From Actinomycetota bacterium (GTDB taxonomy: Bacteria; Actinomycetota; Acidimicrobiia; Acidimicrobiales; RAAP-2), in contig JAJPJV010000023.1 in assembly GCA_021324045.1 (NCBI GenBank), forward strand, positions 80,687-104,686: a DNA stretch of 24,000 nucleotides. The letters run 5' to 3'. The notes beneath the pieces are model-generated. The model saw nothing but the letters and a program-made list of their open reading frames with translations. It did not search any database and was not told where the DNA came from. Made by a program: the position numbers and the translations under genes. How positions within the stretch are numbered: position 1 is the first letter of the stretch; every line of letters begins with the position of its first letter. Below are positions 22,759-24,000 of this stretch, piece by piece.

Positions 22759-23475
22759 TCAGCCAGCGAGACGGCCGGCCTTCATCTTGACGATGCGGTC
22801 TGCTCGGGTTGCGAGCTTCTCGTCGTGGGTCACGAGCAGGACGGTCATGCCGTCCGCGTTCACCTTCTCGAAGAGGTCCATGATGCGTTGCGCGGCATCG
22901 GGATCGAGGTTCCCGGTCGGTTCGTCGGCGAGGAGCAGGCGAGGCTCGTTCGCCAGGGCGCGCGCGATGGCAACGCGCTGGCGCTCCCCGCCGGAGAGCT
23001 GCGTGGGCAGGCGGTACTCGAGGCCCGACAGCTCGACCTCGGAAAGCAGCTCGAGGGCCCGCTCCCGCCGTGCACGACTGCTTCGGTGGGTGCCGTACAT
23101 GACGACCTCGATGTTCGCGAGCACGGAGAGCCGGGGCAACAGGTTGTGCAGTTGAAAGACGAGACCGACCTCGTGGCGGCGGAAGCTGCTGAGGTCTCGC
23201 ATCGTCGTGAGGTCCTGGCCGTTCACCCGGACCGTGCCCGACGTCGGGTGGTCGAGCGCAGCCACCAGGTGGAGCAGGGTCGACTTCCCACAGCCCGACG
23301 GCCCGGTAACGGCCACGAACTCGTGCTCGGCAATGGCGAGGTCGATGTGGTCGAGCGCCACGACGCCACCGGGATAGCGCTTGACGACGTCGCAGAGTTC
23401 CACCGCGAATCGGGCACCAGATTGGGCCTGCCGAGACGGCGGTGCGGTGACGGGAGACGACGAGGGATCACTCAT
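22759..23475 (-). CDS. ABC transporter ATP-binding protein (MacB/LolD/FtsE-like)
   Basis: Walker A GPSGCGKST, Q-loop VFQ, signature LSGGERQR, Walker B LLLADEPTGNLD, H-loop VTHD. An 8-nt overlap with the upstream permease gene. Confidence 0.9.
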   Translation of the reverse strand: MSDPSSSPVTAPPSRQAQSGARFAVELCDVVKRYPGGVVALDHIDLAIAEHEFVAVTGPSGCGKSTLLHLVAALDHPTSGTVRVNGQDLTTMRDLSSFRRHEVGLVFQLHNLLPRLSVLANIEVVMYGTHRSSRARRERALELLSEVELSGLEYRLPTQLSGGERQRVAIARALANEPRLLLADEPTGNLDPDAAQRIMDLFEKVNADGMTVLLVTHDEKLATRADRIVKMKAGRLAG

Positions 23476-24000
23476 AGCTGAGTGCCTTCAGTGGGGCGAG
23501 CAGCGCCGCGCGAGTCGCCGGGTAGAGGCCACCGATGATGGTCATCCCGAGGGCGGTGAGCAGGGCCCGCCAGAAGGCGCCCTGGGTGAAGTGGGCGTGC
23601 AGGATCCCCACGAGAGCAGGCACGTTTTCGAGGATCGCGCTCACCGCGAACGACAGCCCGACGCCGATACCGGCACCGACGACGGCCAGGACCAGGCTCT
23701 CGGTCAGGATCAGGCCGACGATGCGTCGCCGGGTCCAGCCGACCGCCCGCAGCAAGCCGAGCTCCCGGGTTCGCTCGAACACCGAGAGCAGCATCGTGTT
23801 CCCCACGATGATGGCTCCGATGAGGACAGCCAAGATGGTCGATCCCGTGACTGCAGCCTTGAGGTAGACGAGGGTTCGGTCCGCCCGCCCGAACTGCGAG
23901 GCAGTGCGAATGGTCGTGAGCTCGGGAAGCCGGTAGTCGATCGCTCGTTCGACGGCGCTGACCGAGTACCCGTGAGCGACCTTTACGAAGACCAAGGTGA
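23468..24000 (-). CDS. ABC transporter permease, FtsX/MacB-type (C-terminal part; 5' end outside window)
   Basis: FERTRELGLLRAVGWTRRRIVGLILTESLVLAVVGAGIGVGLS is the conserved FtsX-domain block, followed by two more TM segments. The frame is open to the window edge. Confidence 0.8.
   Translation of the reverse strand, partial: TLVFVKVAHGYSVSAVERAIDYRLPELTTIRTASQFGRADRTLVYLKAAVTGSTILAVLIGAIIVGNTMLLSVFERTRELGLLRAVGWTRRRIVGLILTESLVLAVVGAGIGVGLSFAVSAILENVPALVGILHAHFTQGAFWRALLTALGMTIIGGLYPATRAALLAPLKALSYE

Noticed and set aside
1-24000. Search for mobile elements, CRISPR arrays, defence-system hallmarks (nucleases, reverse transcriptases, integrases), rRNA and tRNA
   Set aside because: I saw no transposase, integrase or recombinase-like ORFs, no long terminal inverted repeats, no regularly spaced repeats and no RNA-gene signatures in any intergenic region. 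The two MFS, two MarR and two SDR genes are diverged paralogues, not recent duplications.

Overview
GC-rich, gene-dense chromosomal window (about two-thirds G+C by eye, not computed). It looks like an Actinomycetota genome: 4-nt ATGA gene junctions, TAnnnT -10 boxes 6 nt before start codons (leaderless mRNAs), and very long spurious antisense ORFs. I support 25 protein-coding genes. I see no rRNA, tRNA, CRISPR array, transposase or integrase. Layout: (1) 15-2377, small housekeeping-type genes: membrane protein, CBS pair, VOC/glyoxalase, PPOX/F420-type flavoprotein. (2) 2424-8310, an acyl-CoA cluster. A minus-strand operon encodes the isobutyryl-CoA-mutase-like large subunit, the B12-binding small subunit and an acyl-CoA dehydrogenase. 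It diverges from a MarR regulator, an SDR dehydrogenase and an enoyl-CoA hydratase. (3) 8488-10430, a DHA2 MFS exporter translationally coupled to a second MarR. (4) 10756-11469, an SDR whose catalytic Tyr is replaced by Trp. (5) 11655-16392, the most interesting part: five tightly coupled genes forming a stressosome-type module. These are a PAS-PAS-STAS RsbR-like protein, RsbS, RsbT and a kinase-domain::PP2C RsbX-like protein. The fifth gene is a PAS/HisKA_3 histidine kinase with a degenerate RsbT-like N-terminal domain. No sigma factor, anti-sigma factor or response regulator lies in the window. (6) 16423-18942, ppsA. (7) 19113-21219, a universal stress protein and a second DHA2 MFS. (8) 21170-21752, two orphan small ORFs, one with a CxxC..CxxC ribbon. 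(9) 21862-24000, an M50 site-2 protease with a MacB/FtsX-type ABC ATPase and permease (partial). All family calls come from reading motifs by eye; no database search was possible.
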